DNA of 63,037 nucleotides, counting the filler, from Octopus bimaculoides (lineage: Eukaryota), in assembly GCF_001194135.2 (NCBI RefSeq). It is 7 parts of 5 records of this genome, joined end to end, with 100 filler letters (N's around TTAATTAATTAA, not from the genome) between each part and the next. Parts side by side here need not be neighbours in the genome. Positions count along the whole stretch, not along the records: positions 1 to 14,722 come from NC_068982.1; 6 more parts are not named here. The stretch is one strand, 5' to 3'. A model generated the notes under the pieces. That model was not told the DNA's origin. It was given only the letters and a program-made list of their open reading frames with translations, and searched no databases. Each line of letters begins with the position of its first letter. The first letter of the stretch is position 1. Of the stretch, positions 1-13,819 are shown piece by piece. The position numbers and the translations under genes are program-made.

Positions 1-36
<36 letters not shown>

Positions 37-60
37 TGTGTGTGTACGTGTGTGTGTGTG
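1..60. repeat. (TG)n microsatellite
   Basis: Direct TG run. It is followed by CA/TA-rich low-complexity sequence to 470. Confidence 0.95.
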
Positions 61-1271
61 TATTATATATGGATGTATACATTAAATTTTGTGCAGCGCT
101 TACGATAGATATACAAATATGTATTTGGGAATATTTGTAAAATGTTTGTCAGAAAATATATACATATACTGAAACATATTCATGCAACTACAACACACAC
201 ACACAAACACACACACATATACACATACACACACATATACACATACACAAAAACACACACACGCATACAAACACACACATACACACACGCGCATACATAC
301 ATTTCACACCAAACGTATACATGTGGACGTATACACGGACACACATGCACGTACAGACATCAAGATAATGAGACATGTTTATATACAAATGTTAATTTAT
401 ACGAACATATATCGATTTTCTGATGCTCACCAGCATTTATATAAATATATCCATATATATATATATATATANNNNNNNNNNNNNNNNNNNNNNNNNNNNN
501 NNNNNNNNNNNNNNNNNNNNNNNNNNNNNNNNNNNNNNNNNNNNNNNNNNNNNNNNNNNNNNNNNNNNNNNNNNNNNNNNNNNNNNNNNNNNNNNNNNNN
601 NNNNNNNNNNNNNNNNNNNNNNNNNNNNNNNNNNNNNNNNNNNNNNNNNNNNNNNNNNNNNNNNNNNNNNNNNNNNNNNNNNNNNNNNNNNNNNNNNNNN
701 NNNNNNNNNNNNNNNNNNNNNNNNNNNNNNNNNNNNNNNNNNNNNNNNNNNNNNNNNNNNNNNNNNNNNNNNNNNNNNNNNNNNNNNNNNNNNNNNNNNN
801 NNNNNNNNNNNNNNNNNNNNNNNNNNNNNNNNNNNNNNNNNNNNNNNNNNNNNNNNNNNNNNNNNNNNNNNNNNNNNNNNNNNNNNNNNNNNNNNNNNNN
901 NNNNNNNNNNNNNNNNNNNNNNNNNNNNNNNNNNNNNNNNNNNNNNNNNNNNNNNNNNNNNNNNNNNNNNNNNNNNNNNNNNNNNNNNNNNNNNNNNNNN
1001 NNNNNNNNNNNNNNNNNNNNNNNNNNNNNNNNNNNNNNNNNNNNNNNNNNNNNNNNNNNNNNNNNNNNNNNNNNNNNNNNNNNNNNNNNNNNNNNNNNNN
1101 NNNNNNNNNNNNNNNNNNNNNNNNNNNNNNNNNNNNNNNNNNNNNNNNNNNNNNNNNNNNNNNNNNNNNNNNNNNNNNNNNNNNNNNNNNNNNNNNNNNN
1201 NNNNNNNNNNNNNNNNNNNNNNNNNNNNNNNNNNNNNNNNNNNNNNNNNNNNNCATATATATATATAGTTT

Positions 1272-1350
<79 letters not shown>

Positions 1351-1670
1351 ATATAAATATATATGTATATATATATACACATGTACGTATGTATATATGT
1401 ATATGTGTATACACACACATATATGGATGCTCACACACATACATATACTTGTATGGAATATCGTACACGCTTAAAAGTATCGATATAAACGTAATTATCA
1501 TCTCCCATATCTTTCCCCTACAATACGACAACATATCGTCAAAAATTTTTTTTTCTTAAATTTGTTTTTGCTTGTTTATGTGTTTCTTGTTGTTTATCGA
1601 AGAGTGAATGGGAGGGGGTAGATGGAAGGAATCATTATATTTAGATTCCTCAACATTTACGTATGCTATA

Positions 1671-1803
<133 letters not shown>

Positions 1804-2324
1804 GTCTTTTNNNNNNNNNNNNNNNNNNNNNNNNNNNNNNNNNNNNNNNNNNNNNNNNNNNNNNNNNNNNNNNNNNNNNNNNNNNNNNNNNNNNNNNNNN
1901 NNNNNNNNNNNNNNNNNNNNNNNNNNNNNNNNNNNNNNNNNNNNNNNNNNNNNNNNNNNNNNNNNNNNNNNNNNNNNNNNNNNNNNNNNNNNNNNNNNNN
2001 NNNNNNNNNNNNNNNNNNNNNNNNNNNNNNNNNNNNNNNNNNNNNNNNNNNNNNNNNNNNNNNNNNNNNNNNNNNNNNNNNNNNNNNNNNNNNNNNNNNN
2101 NNNNNNNNNNNNNNNNNNNNNNNNNNNNNNNNNNNNNNNNNNNNNNATATATATATATATATATACATATAATGTATATTCGTTAGGTAGATACTGTTAC
2201 AGATAACGTTAATAGGCATAGAAACAAAAATACACATATATATTGATAGATAGATAGATAGATAGATACATTCATACATGCGTAGGTACATACATACATA
2301 CATACATATGCATACATATACATA

Positions 2325-2460
2325 TATATATGGGAGAATTTACGAAAAAAACAACAGACGAGGACAGGTGGTGTAAACAACAAAAGGATGTATTAGTTTA
2401 ATGCTCGGGAATAGAGAAAGTCTTTAACGTTTCGAGCTACGCTCTTCAACAGAAAGAAAT
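2325..2460 (-). mobile_element. Penelope-like element terminal (pLTR) remnant with hammerhead-like motif
   Basis: Minus strand reads tttCTGTTGA A GAG cgtag CTC GAAAC GTT aaaga, the layout typical of Penelope termini. Confidence 0.55.
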
Positions 2461-5400
2461 AAGGAGAAAAACAAGGAGAAAAAGAAGTAGAAAAGAAATC
2501 TAAATGTCGTGGTCAGCGGAGACACAGTAATAATGTAAAATAAAATAATAGCAATGATAACCTCCCAGGGGCAACAAAAATAATATACCTACCGGGGATA
2601 ATTAATAGTCATTAAAAAATAAATAAATATTAAAAAATAAATTAATAACTAGATTAATAAATAAATAAATAAATAAATAAAATAAATTAATCTAGTAGAC
2701 ATTCACAGGAAAGCGGTAACAATAGAAAAGATTAACGAGTTACCTCCCCTGTATATCGTTAATTGTGTGTTTTGGTAATTTGTTCTGATGGAAGCCATTC
2801 CTGAGGAAGTGCCAAACGTCAGACATCCAACGGATCAGTCGCTGGATAGAGTTGAGCACAGAAATGTTGACATTNNNNNNNNNNNNNNNNNNNNNNNNNN
2901 NNNNNNNNNNNNNNNNNNNNNNNNNNNNNNNNNNNNNNNNNNNNNNNNNNNNNNNNNNNNNNNNNNNNNNNNNNNNNNNNNNNNNNNNNNNNNNNNNNNN
3001 NNNNNNNNNNNNNNNNNNNNNNNNNNNNNNNNNNNNNNNNNNNNNNNNNNNNNATATTTATATATATATATATGTTAATTGCACCATCTTCGTGGATACC
3101 GTCCTCTTGTTCTTCCTGTTGCTGTCCATGACCTCACAGATCACTATTCAGTCCCGTTGCAGATGTGCATTGTTTGAATTATGACTGATAAAGGAAAGAT
3201 GTAAGTTACTGTTCATTTGTATTAGGTTAAAGTGTGCACACTTCGTCCCTCTTTTATCACCGTAAGACTTTCAGTTGATGGAATGCCAAATGATGTCACC
3301 ATAAATAGACATCTTTACATTATTGGATTAGAGCGATAAACGCTTTTACAACACGTGCCCCACTTTATGTGTCACGTCATAACTATCTATGGACAGGCCG
3401 AAGCGGGATGGTCCCTAATCACGTAAACCCGCAGATTTTACATCAGTGTCCCCTCTCCAGGAAGGAATTTGTGACAACACCCAGGTGTATTCACCTCCAG
3501 TGACTTTACTGCAGGCTTTGAGAACCACAAGGAGTATTTCTTCGTCCCTACGCTGAGATGGATTGTCATCACCCATAGTTCGGATCCTGACGAGGAAGAG
3601 TGGCTAAGAGGCTGTTTCACCTTTATCAAAACCTTGAAACTTGCAAACCAGGGCCTCCAGTCCAGATCCCACAACCATACACACATTTGACACATTGTAT
3701 GTGGGACGCGCTGTTCCAAAATTCTGAACAACTATATTCGTTCTCGTCATTAGTGAACTTCATACGTAACTACAAGTTTCATCCAGTATCTTATTCTTAT
3801 TAGAATTTTCAGTTAAAATTTTCAGCGTAAAATTCATTTCCTACAGGTTTTGCAGTCTTATTCAAGAGAACTGATATCTTTGTTCGGATTTAATAGATGT
3901 AACTTTTTTCCTCGTAAAAGATGTATCAGGGATATGTACCGTGGACATAACTGAATATAATATTTCTTGACTTCAAAGTTAGGATCAATCTATTTCACTT
4001 ATTACAAGCAACTAGATTTAACTGTGGCGTTTCTTTTGAATATTTAGAGGTAACTATTGTTTTAAGTACTAGATTATTTTAGCAGACTAATATTGCATTT
4101 AATATGGTAAACTTTGGATGGTAAAATGAATATTTGCTTAATAGATCAAGGTTTCATTTTAACATTGCAGTGATTTTTGCCTTTACGGCTGTTTCCTCTA
4201 AATGTGAGTAGCGACAATATAGGACAAGTGCTCCGCTTACTGATATGATCTCAGAAATGATTATACTGTATATTAATCATTTTGTTTTATTTATTTATTT
4301 ATTTTTTTGTCTTTGGTCAGTAAGTATTATTTCCTACTTATTTCTATCTAGAAATCGAAGGAATTAACTACTTTTCCCTTCAAGCTTTGCTTTTGTGACT
4401 TGGACATCAATGTTTTGAAACTGACCTATTTTCCATTATATTTCAGCGCTGAGTTACTAAAGCAGAAATATCGTTATAGCAAATATTCTGCTCAATACCA
4501 CAGATTTGCTTGTCACTTGCTTGACCTTAACCACTTGAGTATGTCCCTTAGTGGCTGACAATACGTGCATCTCTGATCATGAGCAGGAGTAGTAGGGGAG
4601 CACCATAGTCATGTGTTGAGAGGAAAGGAATTCTTTGGGGTCTGAATAAATGTAACAAAAGCAAAGTTTGAAGAAAATATTAGCCATTTTTCATACTTTC
4701 TAGTGGTAAGCAAATAGGAAATAACATTTGCTACCCAAGGACAGAAATCATGTTACACAGTGTTATTAGATTCAAGGCCAGTCTCCATGTGTATTATTAC
4801 TGGATATATTTTGTGTTTAAGCTCGATTGCTGCTTACAAATATTCAGTAGTATTTGAAATACAGCTGTAGTTGAGTTTAATATTATTTCTATTAAACCAA
4901 ATATTTCATTTACTTCCAGCAGGGAAGAGCTTAGAGATTTATTTCAGGAAGTTTTTGAAACTTCAGGTGGAGATTGAATAGTTAAACCATATCTCATTTC
5001 AGTTGAGGTTGTATTTTGCTTTTCTTTTCTTTTATTTATTTCGTTTGTTTTCTTTTATTTTTTTAATGGATGAGTTGTTGTCGATGAAATTTCTTTTTGC
5101 AAATGCTTTGATATACTTTGCGACACACACGCGCGCACACCCACCCACACACCCATGCATGAGAGGTTTATATGTTTAAACCATCTCACGTAGGTTTCAT
5201 TAGCACAAGGTGAACATTGGTCATATAATGCAAAATTACACATCACGTATGCTACACTTGCTGCAAAATCGTCAGAAATGTACAATTATTAAACCTAATG
5301 TGACTACAGAGAACATGTGACAGAAGTAGCAACAATCGGAAAAATAGCAACTGTAGTGAATTGGTGGTGGAGAGACTTTATATAGTTATGAAAAGAAATA

Positions 5401-5799
5401 TATATGTATATATGTCTGTATGGTTCTTAGAATTCTTAATAGGATTCAGGCCGGGCGCTAACAGAGAGGATGAGCATAAATGCAGGTGCATACACCTGCA
5501 TATATATGCACCTCTATGTGTGTATGTATGTACGTATGTATGTATACATGCATATATATATATTTATATATACACATATATATATAAATATAGGTATATA
5601 TGTATACTCACATATACATATATGTATATATATATATATATGTATGTCTGTATGTGGGGGTGTATGTATGTATATATGTATGTATGTAAGTGCGTATGTA
5701 TGTATCCATGCATAGATGTATGTCAGGTCAATTGAAACGTTTCTCAAGAGTGCTACAGATATGGAATCCAGTAAAACATGCTGCATGGCTAGGTTTTTG

Positions 5800-6098
5800 G
5801 TGACTAGACTAGCAACCTCACCAGGCTAGCACTTTGAGGATGGCTGCTAGAAACCAGCAGGACTAAAGACAAAAATGTTGTAATGCTCCCGTCTCGCCTG
5901 CAAACCATCTACCTTGAAGGAACTGGACTGAAAGCTGTAGATAAGTTTGTCTACTTGGGCAGCACACTCAGCCATTCACGCTCCTTCGGTGATGTAATAT
6001 CTTTAAGGCTTCTGAAGGCAACTGATTCCTTCAAGATTCTTGAGTGTCGTGTCTGGTTCGAACATGGCATCACAAGGCGAACAAAAGTTGCTGCTTAC

Positions 6099-6139
<41 letters not shown>

Positions 6140-6770
6140 CTGTGTGTGCGTGTGTGTATGCAGATGTCACTCCTTTACTCGTGTGAGATATGGATCTTTT
6201 ACAAGTATCTTGTAAGGTAAATTTTATCAAAGGCTTCCATCACAGAAGTCTGAAACATATTCTGGATGTTGACTGGTCTTTGCGGACTCTAGGTCTTGAT
6301 GACAGTCTATGTCCTGAACATTCAGGTTATGGTACACAAGCACTGTTTATGTTAGACTGGACACCTTTTTTCGGATGAATGATCGGTGGATTCCCAAGCA
6401 AATCCTATACGGCGAACTTGTTTGTGGAAAGCATCTCCAGCAGAAACCAAGACTACGATTTAAGGATTATGTAAAGTCCTCTATGAAAACATGTGAAACA
6501 TGAGATGTCAATTAGAAAAGCAATGTTTGTCATCGCCGCCAATGGAGGAAACGAGGAAAAGAAGGAGTGAATATTTTCGAAAAGTATAAGGAATAGTAAG
6601 CTGCTGGAAAATGCACGACCAGTGAATGAAGAAAACTGGGTCGGTAATATCTGCGGACATATATGTTTATCAAGGGCTGGGATCATTAGTCACCAGTTGA
6701 GCTAAAAATGTAAAGTATAGATTCGTCTGAGTACACAATGTTCTTAATGACATAGCTCGGTTTCGAGTGG
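5800..6770 (+). mobile_element. RTE-clade LINE, decayed 3' part of RT ORF
   Basis: Frames give LKAVDKFVYLGSTLS, GITRRTKVAAY, RWIPKQILYGELVCGKH..KPRLRFKD and a terminal CGHICLSRAGIISHQ zinc finger. There are frameshifts and a (TG)n interruption. Confidence 0.85.
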
Positions 6771-7005
6771 ACAGTCTTTATGTACGCATATATGTATGCA
6801 TGTATGCATGTTATTATTCAGTTTCACTTCAAGATTTCTTGCCAATAACGAAAGAGCCGGTTTCTAACCTAGATCCAAGGCTCCTTCATTGGAATTGGTA
6901 TTTAGGCAGTGTGTTGCATATCCCAGTGCCCAATAATTACAGGTTTAAACCTGAACCTGTAATGTGGATAAAGTAGCTGCAAATTTACGATAGTTCAGCG
7001 TATTT

Positions 7006-7092
7006 TATGTATGTATGTATGTATGTATGTATGTATGTATGTATGTATGTATGTATGTACGTATGTATATATGTATGCATGCATGTATGTAT
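7006..7092. repeat. (TATG)n microsatellite
   Basis: Direct tetranucleotide run. Confidence 0.9.
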
Positions 7093-7720
7093 GTGTTGCT
7101 TATGGAGAAGTTTAAGTTTCTAATGAAATACAAGTTTCTAGTGAAATTTACGTTGAAAGTGAGGTCATTGAAACTAACATATGCTCTGATAAGTCGCATT
7201 CCAGGCTCAGGAAGGAGAAAGATGTATGGTGACCTAAAGGAATAATAATGAGTAACTTTCCTTGCTTAAGGTAATCAATTAATTTCTTAGTACTTTAGTT
7301 CGCGATCAGCTTTGATCAAGCTCATTCATGATAAAAAGCATTCGAACTGTGACCATTACGTTTTATTGTATACCAGAGACAATTCTTCTTATTGAAGAAC
7401 ATGAAGCGCAACTTTTACAGAAGATTTCACTACTATTTCTGTCAATCAAGTTATACGTCGACATAGAGGTTCCCTTGATTTCAGGGTTCTATATCATGAA
7501 CAAAAAAAAACGTTTTACTTGAAATTAGATTTAAAGCCAACGAATAACACATAATAGGCGTCGGCTAATATATTCACGAAAATCAGTGGGTGTCAGTTTT
7601 AGGTGGTGGGTGAGTAGTGAGGTCACGGGTGATTATAATATTAGAGGGTCCGTTATTTAGTCTGCTGGTTAGTTTCCAAGATATTTTTGTAATTACTAGG
7701 TTTCTGGAGAGAAGGAAAGT

Positions 7721-7777
<57 letters not shown>

Positions 7778-7997
7778 NNNNNNNNNNNNNNNNNNNNNNN
7801 NNNNNNNNNNNNNNNNNNNNNNNNNNNNNNNNNNNNNNNNNNNNNNNNNNNNNNNNNNNNNNNNNNNNNNNNNNNNNNNNNNNNNNNNNNNNNNNNNNNN
7901 NNNNACACACACACACAAACACACCTTTGCTTAAATAATTACATGTACATATACGCCCAAGGATATACAGACTCACATACATACCGACACACCTACA

Positions 7998-8037
<40 letters not shown>

Positions 8038-8303
8038 CATGTGTGTGTGTGTGTGTGTGTACGTACATACGTATGTATGTGTGCACGTATGTATGTATGT
8101 ATGTATGTATGTATTTAATTGTTTAGACCTGCTTTATCTAGACTACCGTGCGTCACACACCACAGGAGTTCTAAATGATGTCTCACTGAGCAACGAAAGA
8201 GTCTCTACTTGAATGATGGATGTGCTGAACTTATCTCCCAAATCGCCCTCAAATCTGATCCAACCGATTGGTTAGCGTTAAGAAGTCGATATAGATTAAA
8301 TTA

Positions 8304-9154
8304 CAAGGTGCATTCCAGAAGTTTTGATACTTTTTCAAGAGGCATCAATTTAAAAGTAGTACAGAACTAATCCAAAGTAGGATCTTTTGAGTTCAATGCA
8401 TTTATTGTAGCGCTCCAGACAGTTCATCACAGTTCTCTAAATGACAGCATCCTGCGTCTTTAAAACGACTGCCCGTGACGTCCTTCAGCTTGGGTAACAA
8501 CCAAAAGCCATGGGAGCTAGGTCTGGACTGTAGGAAGGGTGAAAGACAGTTTTGAGGCCCATCTCTATCAAGTATTTTGTTACAAGGATACTCGTCACTG
8601 GACACCCTGAGAACAAATTTGGCACAAAGTGTGCGCATGTTCAAATGTTCATAAATAATTCAGTGCGCAGTTGCCACACCAACTCCAAACTGTGTGATTA
8701 TTGTCTTTATAGACACACAACTTTCTTCATCCAGAAAATTACTAATTTTATCAACTAGCTCAGAAATTCTGACTTCCCTCTTCTGTCCGCCCTCGTCATC
8801 GTCTTTCACTTTCTTTCTAACGTCCTTGAACCTCTGGTGCCAGCAAAAAGTCAATCCATAAGCAGTCTGGAGTGTTTCATAAGTATCTCTCGCATTTTTG
8901 CCCAGTTTAACACAAAACGTTATTGCATAGCAAGCTTCCAAATGTCCCAGCAAAACTCTACAAATTAGTCAGTTGTGACAAGCAGAGTTTAGTAGGATGA
9001 GTTCAAAGTTCTGTTACAGCCGTCTCCTTTAATCTGTAATTGTCGGTAAGCGAGTTTATTAGATGTGTAGTAACGATATGTTAAAATTACTTTAATCTAG
9101 GACAATTATAACTGCTTCTCCTAAAATAGTCTAAAACGCCTGAAATGCACCTTG
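8304..9154 (-). mobile_element. Internally deleted mariner transposon with TIRs
   Basis: TIR pair caaggtgcattccagaagtttt / aaaacgcctgaaatgcaccttg, with TA on the left. Minus frames give YAITFCVKLGKNARDTYETLQTAYG, CWHQRFKDVRKKVKDD, MRTLCAKFV and FWLLPKLK. Confidence 0.88.
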
Positions 9155-9229
9155 TCGTTCTGTCCAGGCAGGATTCTCTTTATTAATAATTTACAGGGTA
9201 AGCAATAACAACAACAATAACAATTATTC

Positions 9230-9560
9230 TCATTGTTGTTGATGTGAAACAATTAGTTGGCTTGTTATACTACTTTTCCATAAGATCTTTAGACGAGGTT
9301 GGATAATATACTGTTTTCATTTTACGAGTAGTTTTAGGCTAGTTGAAGATGAACCTGTCGAGTAATTAAGTTTATAGAATTGAAATACCTGTGCCGTGAT
9401 ACCTCTTTGCAGCACACCATAATCCTTTTATGTCTAATTTCTGAATAAATGCTTGACGATCTTGGTTCGATTGGGTACTAGATAGTATATGTGTAAGTGG
9501 AGTATTGTGTTCTTCGGTCTTCTGAGGGAATTGTACGATACCGAGAGTAGAGTTAGTCGT
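9230..9560 (-). mobile_element. Possible very decayed R4/Dong-like retroelement 3' end
   Basis: Frameshifted pieces KLDIK..LQRG.HGT.IL resemble the LQK..L.GTA.ILR C-terminus. The match is weak. Confidence 0.3.
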
Positions 9561-10139
9561 AATTCTAGCAGTTCAGCAGTTCAGTCAACATTGTATGCTA
9601 CAACACCTCGTTCTGTCACCACAAGAAAATAAGAAAAAATTTGGGACTAGTTGTGCCTTGCAGAAGGCTCCACCCCAAATTTAACCAAGTTTCTTCTACG
9701 TGACTTAATTTTCTTGAAATTTAAGGAACCATATTGCATTGTGTCTGTTGCACAAGGTTTTAAAAGCTATCAAGTTTGTTATATGAGTACAACTTGTCAA
9801 ACAAGACTGGTTGCATGAAATGTTTAGGTAAGGGTCTCTAATCCTGTTTAGCATAGAAATATGTATTACTCTCTAAACGTCTCTAAGACATGGATGCAGC
9901 ATTGAGAACTTTCATATTTATAATGCTAATGATAAAAGAAACAGAATACATACACATATGCACACAAACATGTGTGTGTGTGTGTGTAAGAAAAGAAGGG
10001 GTGTATTTCTACGCAGGAAAAAATATAGAATTTGTTGTTGAAAATGCACCTGAATTTGAAAAACTTATTGTTTTAAATAAATTTATTTACATACGTACCA
10101 AACCAGTTTCAACAATGTTTTCTTTATCAATAGTATAAA

Positions 10140-11085
10140 CGTATGGGAGTTAAAAAATTTAATATCAAAAATGATCGGTGAAGAATATAAAAATGTGAAT
10201 CACCAAAAGTTCGGTCATAATGAGTTAAGAGAGAGAAAAAATAGAAAGTAGAATGTAAAGAAAAAGAGTTTTGTTACAGTTTCTGTTATTTTGGGTCCTT
10301 TTTTCCATTGCGTGCCGAGTTTTTCGCTTGTAACGGAGTGTTTTGGAATCAGTGTATTTATATACGTATTTACGCATCTAGTTTTTGATTCGTTAAAATT
10401 CTGATGACGTCTTATTCTTTCTGGTAGTCAAGTTTGGCGTTCTCTACAGTTGTCTTCCCTGTAGGGAATGGTCATCTACCGTTTCAGTAGATTGATTCTT
10501 TTAAAGAGTCAGTTTATTTTATTTGCTGAAGTTCTGGTTCTGATCGGATGTAAAATTTCATTTATCAAGAGATAGGTGACGTCAGCAGCTGGTGTTTGTA
10601 TGGTGTTATTATATGGAGATTTGGAATTGTGGTTTCGAAACGCATTAGGAAGACTGATACTAAAGTTTTTCGAATTAGGTCTGTTATATCTGGGGTTTTT
10701 TGGTGGCGAAAATTGAGATTTTTTCTTCTTTTTAATGATTTTTTCCTCTTTCTAAAGGATATTTAGCTGTGGTTTATATTTTTTGATGAGTATGCTTTCC
10801 TTATTCAATCGTAATTGGCTTGAAGTGTTTCCGATGCATTGGAAGAAACAGAAGGTTTAGTATTTCGGGTTTATGTTTGCGGGGCTTTGGTCTAGGTGTT
10901 TGCTTACAGGAATTTTCCTGGTCATGGGGTCCCGGATTTGTTGCCTGTGTACCGTCAGTCTGTACCTCAAGGTCAAGCTAGTTTGACCTATGTAGTCTCT
11001 ATCACACCCACCACATATGAGGACATAGATTAAGTTCTTCGATGCACAAGTGAAGTGATTTTTTTATGGTAAAAGTTTGACATGA
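10140..11085 (-). mobile_element. Penelope-like element 3' part, with GIY-YIG endonuclease remnant at 10758-11080
   Basis: Minus frame gives FTCASKNLIYVLICGGCDRDYIGQTSLTLRYRLTVHRQQIRDP...IPVSKHLD...LRLNKESILIKKYKPQLN, with one stop and a frameshift. Confidence 0.88.
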
Positions 11086-11294
11086 CTTAAATTTATATAA
11101 ATAAATTCATTTAAAAACAATTACAAGTTTTTCAAATTCAGATGCATTTTCAACAACAGATTTTATATATATATGTATGTATGTGTTTATGTATGTATGT
11201 ATATGTATGTATGTATGTATATATGTATGTATGTATGTACGTATGTATGTTTGTACGTACGTATGTATGCATGTATGTATGCATGTATGTATGC

Positions 11295-11332
<38 letters not shown>

Positions 11333-11445
11333 TTTTATTTGTTCAGTCATAGTCATATGACTGCAGCCATGCTGGAGAGCACCACCTTAAAGGGTTTTAG
11401 TCGAATAAATCGAGCCCAGAACTTGTTTTTTTAAAGCCTAGTATT
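11333..11445 (-). mobile_element. SINE 3' tail fragment (tail type A)
   Basis: tcttttatttgttcagtcat..gactgcagccatgctggagagcacc matches copies at 15858, 50158 and 62732. Confidence 0.7.
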
Positions 11446-12414
11446 TTGACGATTCTAGATGTAGCTCATGCGGCGGATTTTTAACTAAGAACAAAGATAA
11501 AAGAAATACNNNNNNNNNNNNNNNNNNNNNNNNNNNNNNNNNNNNNNNNNNNNNNNNNNNNNNNNNNNNNNNNNNNNNNNNNNNNNNNNNNNNNNNNNNN
11601 NNNNNNNNNNNNNNNNNNNNNNNNNNNNNNNNNNNNNNNNNNNNNNNNNNNNNNNNNNNNNNNNNNNNNNNNNNNNNNNNNNNNNNNNNNNNNNNNNNNN
11701 NNNNNNNNNNNNNNNNNNNNNNNNNNNNNNNNNNNNNNNNNNNNNNNNNNNNNNNNNNNNNNNNNNNNNNNNNNNNNNNNNNNNNNNNNNNNNNNNNNNN
11801 NNNNNNNNNNNNNNNNNNNNNNNNNNNNNNNNNNNNNNNNNNNNNNNNNNNNNNNNNNNNNNNNNNNNNNNNNNNNNNNNNNNNNNNNNNNNNNNNNNNN
11901 NNNNNNNNNNNNNNNNNNNNNNNNNNNNNNNNNNNNNNNNNNNNNNNNNNNNNNNNNNNNNNNNNNNNNNNNNNNNNNNNNNNNNNNNNNNNNNNNNNNN
12001 NNNNNNNNNNNNNNNNNNNNNNNNNNNNNNNNNNNNNATATATATATATATATATATAATTATATGTACGTATGTGTATATGTATGTATGTATGTATAGG
12101 CATATGTATGTTTATATAGTCAGTGATATGCGAAATATTTAATTAATTTATGACTTTGCCTATAATCTCCTAATCTAATTAGTTCGTCCCTTCATTCACT
12201 CATTATTTCTTTCTTTCTCTCTTTCGTTCTTCTGTTTGTCTCACGTTATTTCTATATTTTTAATCATTCCTTATAAATGCACATATGTATGTACATATAT
12301 GCACACACACACACACACATATAATATATATATAATGCACACACACATACATGTATATATATATATATATATATCCATATATCTCCATATATATACATAT
12401 ATATGTATATATAT

Positions 12415-12944
12415 ACGCATTTCAACTGCTAAAAGGCAAATTCACTGCGGTTACCGTAGAGAAAAATTTTCTCTTATGGTAAAAAGGTGTAAAAGCATCA
12501 TATCTTTTCAGTGTCATCATCTGTGAGGATTCCCAGACATCGATGTTTCCTGCTCTTTAGCTTTCTTCAATGGGAAATACCTAACAGGGGCAACTCTGAA
12601 TAGATCTTATAAAACTATAGCATTATCTAATTTACAATCAAAAACGTTGACTGGTTTGCGCTAATAGACCGCCAGGTTGTGGATATTAACGAAACATTAG
12701 AATCAGGCAGTGTTTAGGCATAAACGAAGTTTAGGTTAGTTGAAATATGTTTGTGATGGATATCAATGTGCTAAAAGGCAAATTCACTGCAGTTACCAAA
12801 AAGAAAACTTTCTCATATGATAAAAAGGAATCCTGATAGATGGCAACACTGAACAGATATGGTGTTTTTGCACCTTTTTACCATAAGATAAAATTCCCTC
12901 TTCAGTAACGGCAGAAAATTTGACTTTTAGCAGTTGAAATGTGT
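12415..12944. mobile_element. MITE with about 90-bp imperfect TIRs and an internal extra TIR fragment
   Basis: Left catttcaactgctaaaaggcaaattcactgcggttacc...tatggtaaaaaggtg is the reverse complement of the right end at 12856-12944. A direct partial copy sits near 12769-12827. Confidence 0.85.
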
Positions 12945-13129
12945 CACAAACATATTTTTACTATCCTAATATTTCGGTAATATATATATATATATATATA
13001 AAAGGTAAGCAGAGTGACTTTATTTACTTATAAGAGGATGGAATAACATGGATTATAATAACACCTTAAAATGAAGTTCTTACCATTCCTTACCATGACT
13101 ATTATATTATTTTTAATTTTATTTTATTT

Positions 13130-13345
13130 CCTTTTACCCTACTCAATTATTTTAACTTACTTTCCCACATGTTTGTTTCCTAAAATTTGCACTCTCTGAA
13201 GAAGCCTTGGGGCTCAACCATTGTCCAACCCCTGTCCAATGTTTGTTCATCCCTGTATATCACTGACGTGATGAGGATAACTTGGAAGATTTGGATGCCT
13301 CAGGCTAGAAACAGCTGTAAGAGTTTAGTATCTGTACACTTATCT
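13130..13345 (+). mobile_element. Penelope-like terminal remnant with hammerhead-like motif
   Basis: actct CTGAAGA A GCC ... GGC ta GAAAC AGCT GTA agagt. Confidence 0.55.
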
Positions 13346-13786
13346 ATTATTATTCATTTATATATATANNNNNNNNNNNNNNNNNNNNNNNNNNNNNNNN
13401 NNNNNNNNNNNNNNNNNNNNNNNNNNNNNNNNNNNNNNNNNNNNNNNNNNNNNNNNNNNNNNNNNNNNNNNATATATCTGTTTACGTATTTATTGGCTTA
13501 TTTCATTCGTTTACTTGAATCACTTACATATATGTTTGTAATCAATAAATAAATAGATATAATTGAATGTTTACTGGCTGATGTTTGTCAATTGTTTATC
13601 CTCTCCATTTTGTAATTTGCCTTATAAATCAAAGGTAAATTTTTAACTTATTCTCACCTCTACCTAGTATTCAATTGCGATATTGCCAAGCAATAGTAAG
13701 CACTTGGTTATAAATACGTAAGTACACATCCAGTGGTATACTGGATATTTAAAATCCCTAAGATGGTTTCTTAACCTCTAACTCAT

Positions 13787-13819
<33 letters not shown>

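Noticed and set aside
100-1560. Long ORFs rich in VC/YI/HT (here and throughout the window)
   Set aside because: They are translations of TG/TA/CA microsatellites and N gaps, not proteins.
3472-3474. In-frame TGA as possible selenocysteine
   Set aside because: No recognisable selenoprotein context or SECIS, and the frame has another stop shortly upstream.
4422-4432. RORE-like AAAATAGGTCA (also 24304-24314), attractive for a BMAL1 gene
   Set aside because: A short AT-rich match inside repeat-like or LINE sequence, far from any known promoter, and expected by chance.
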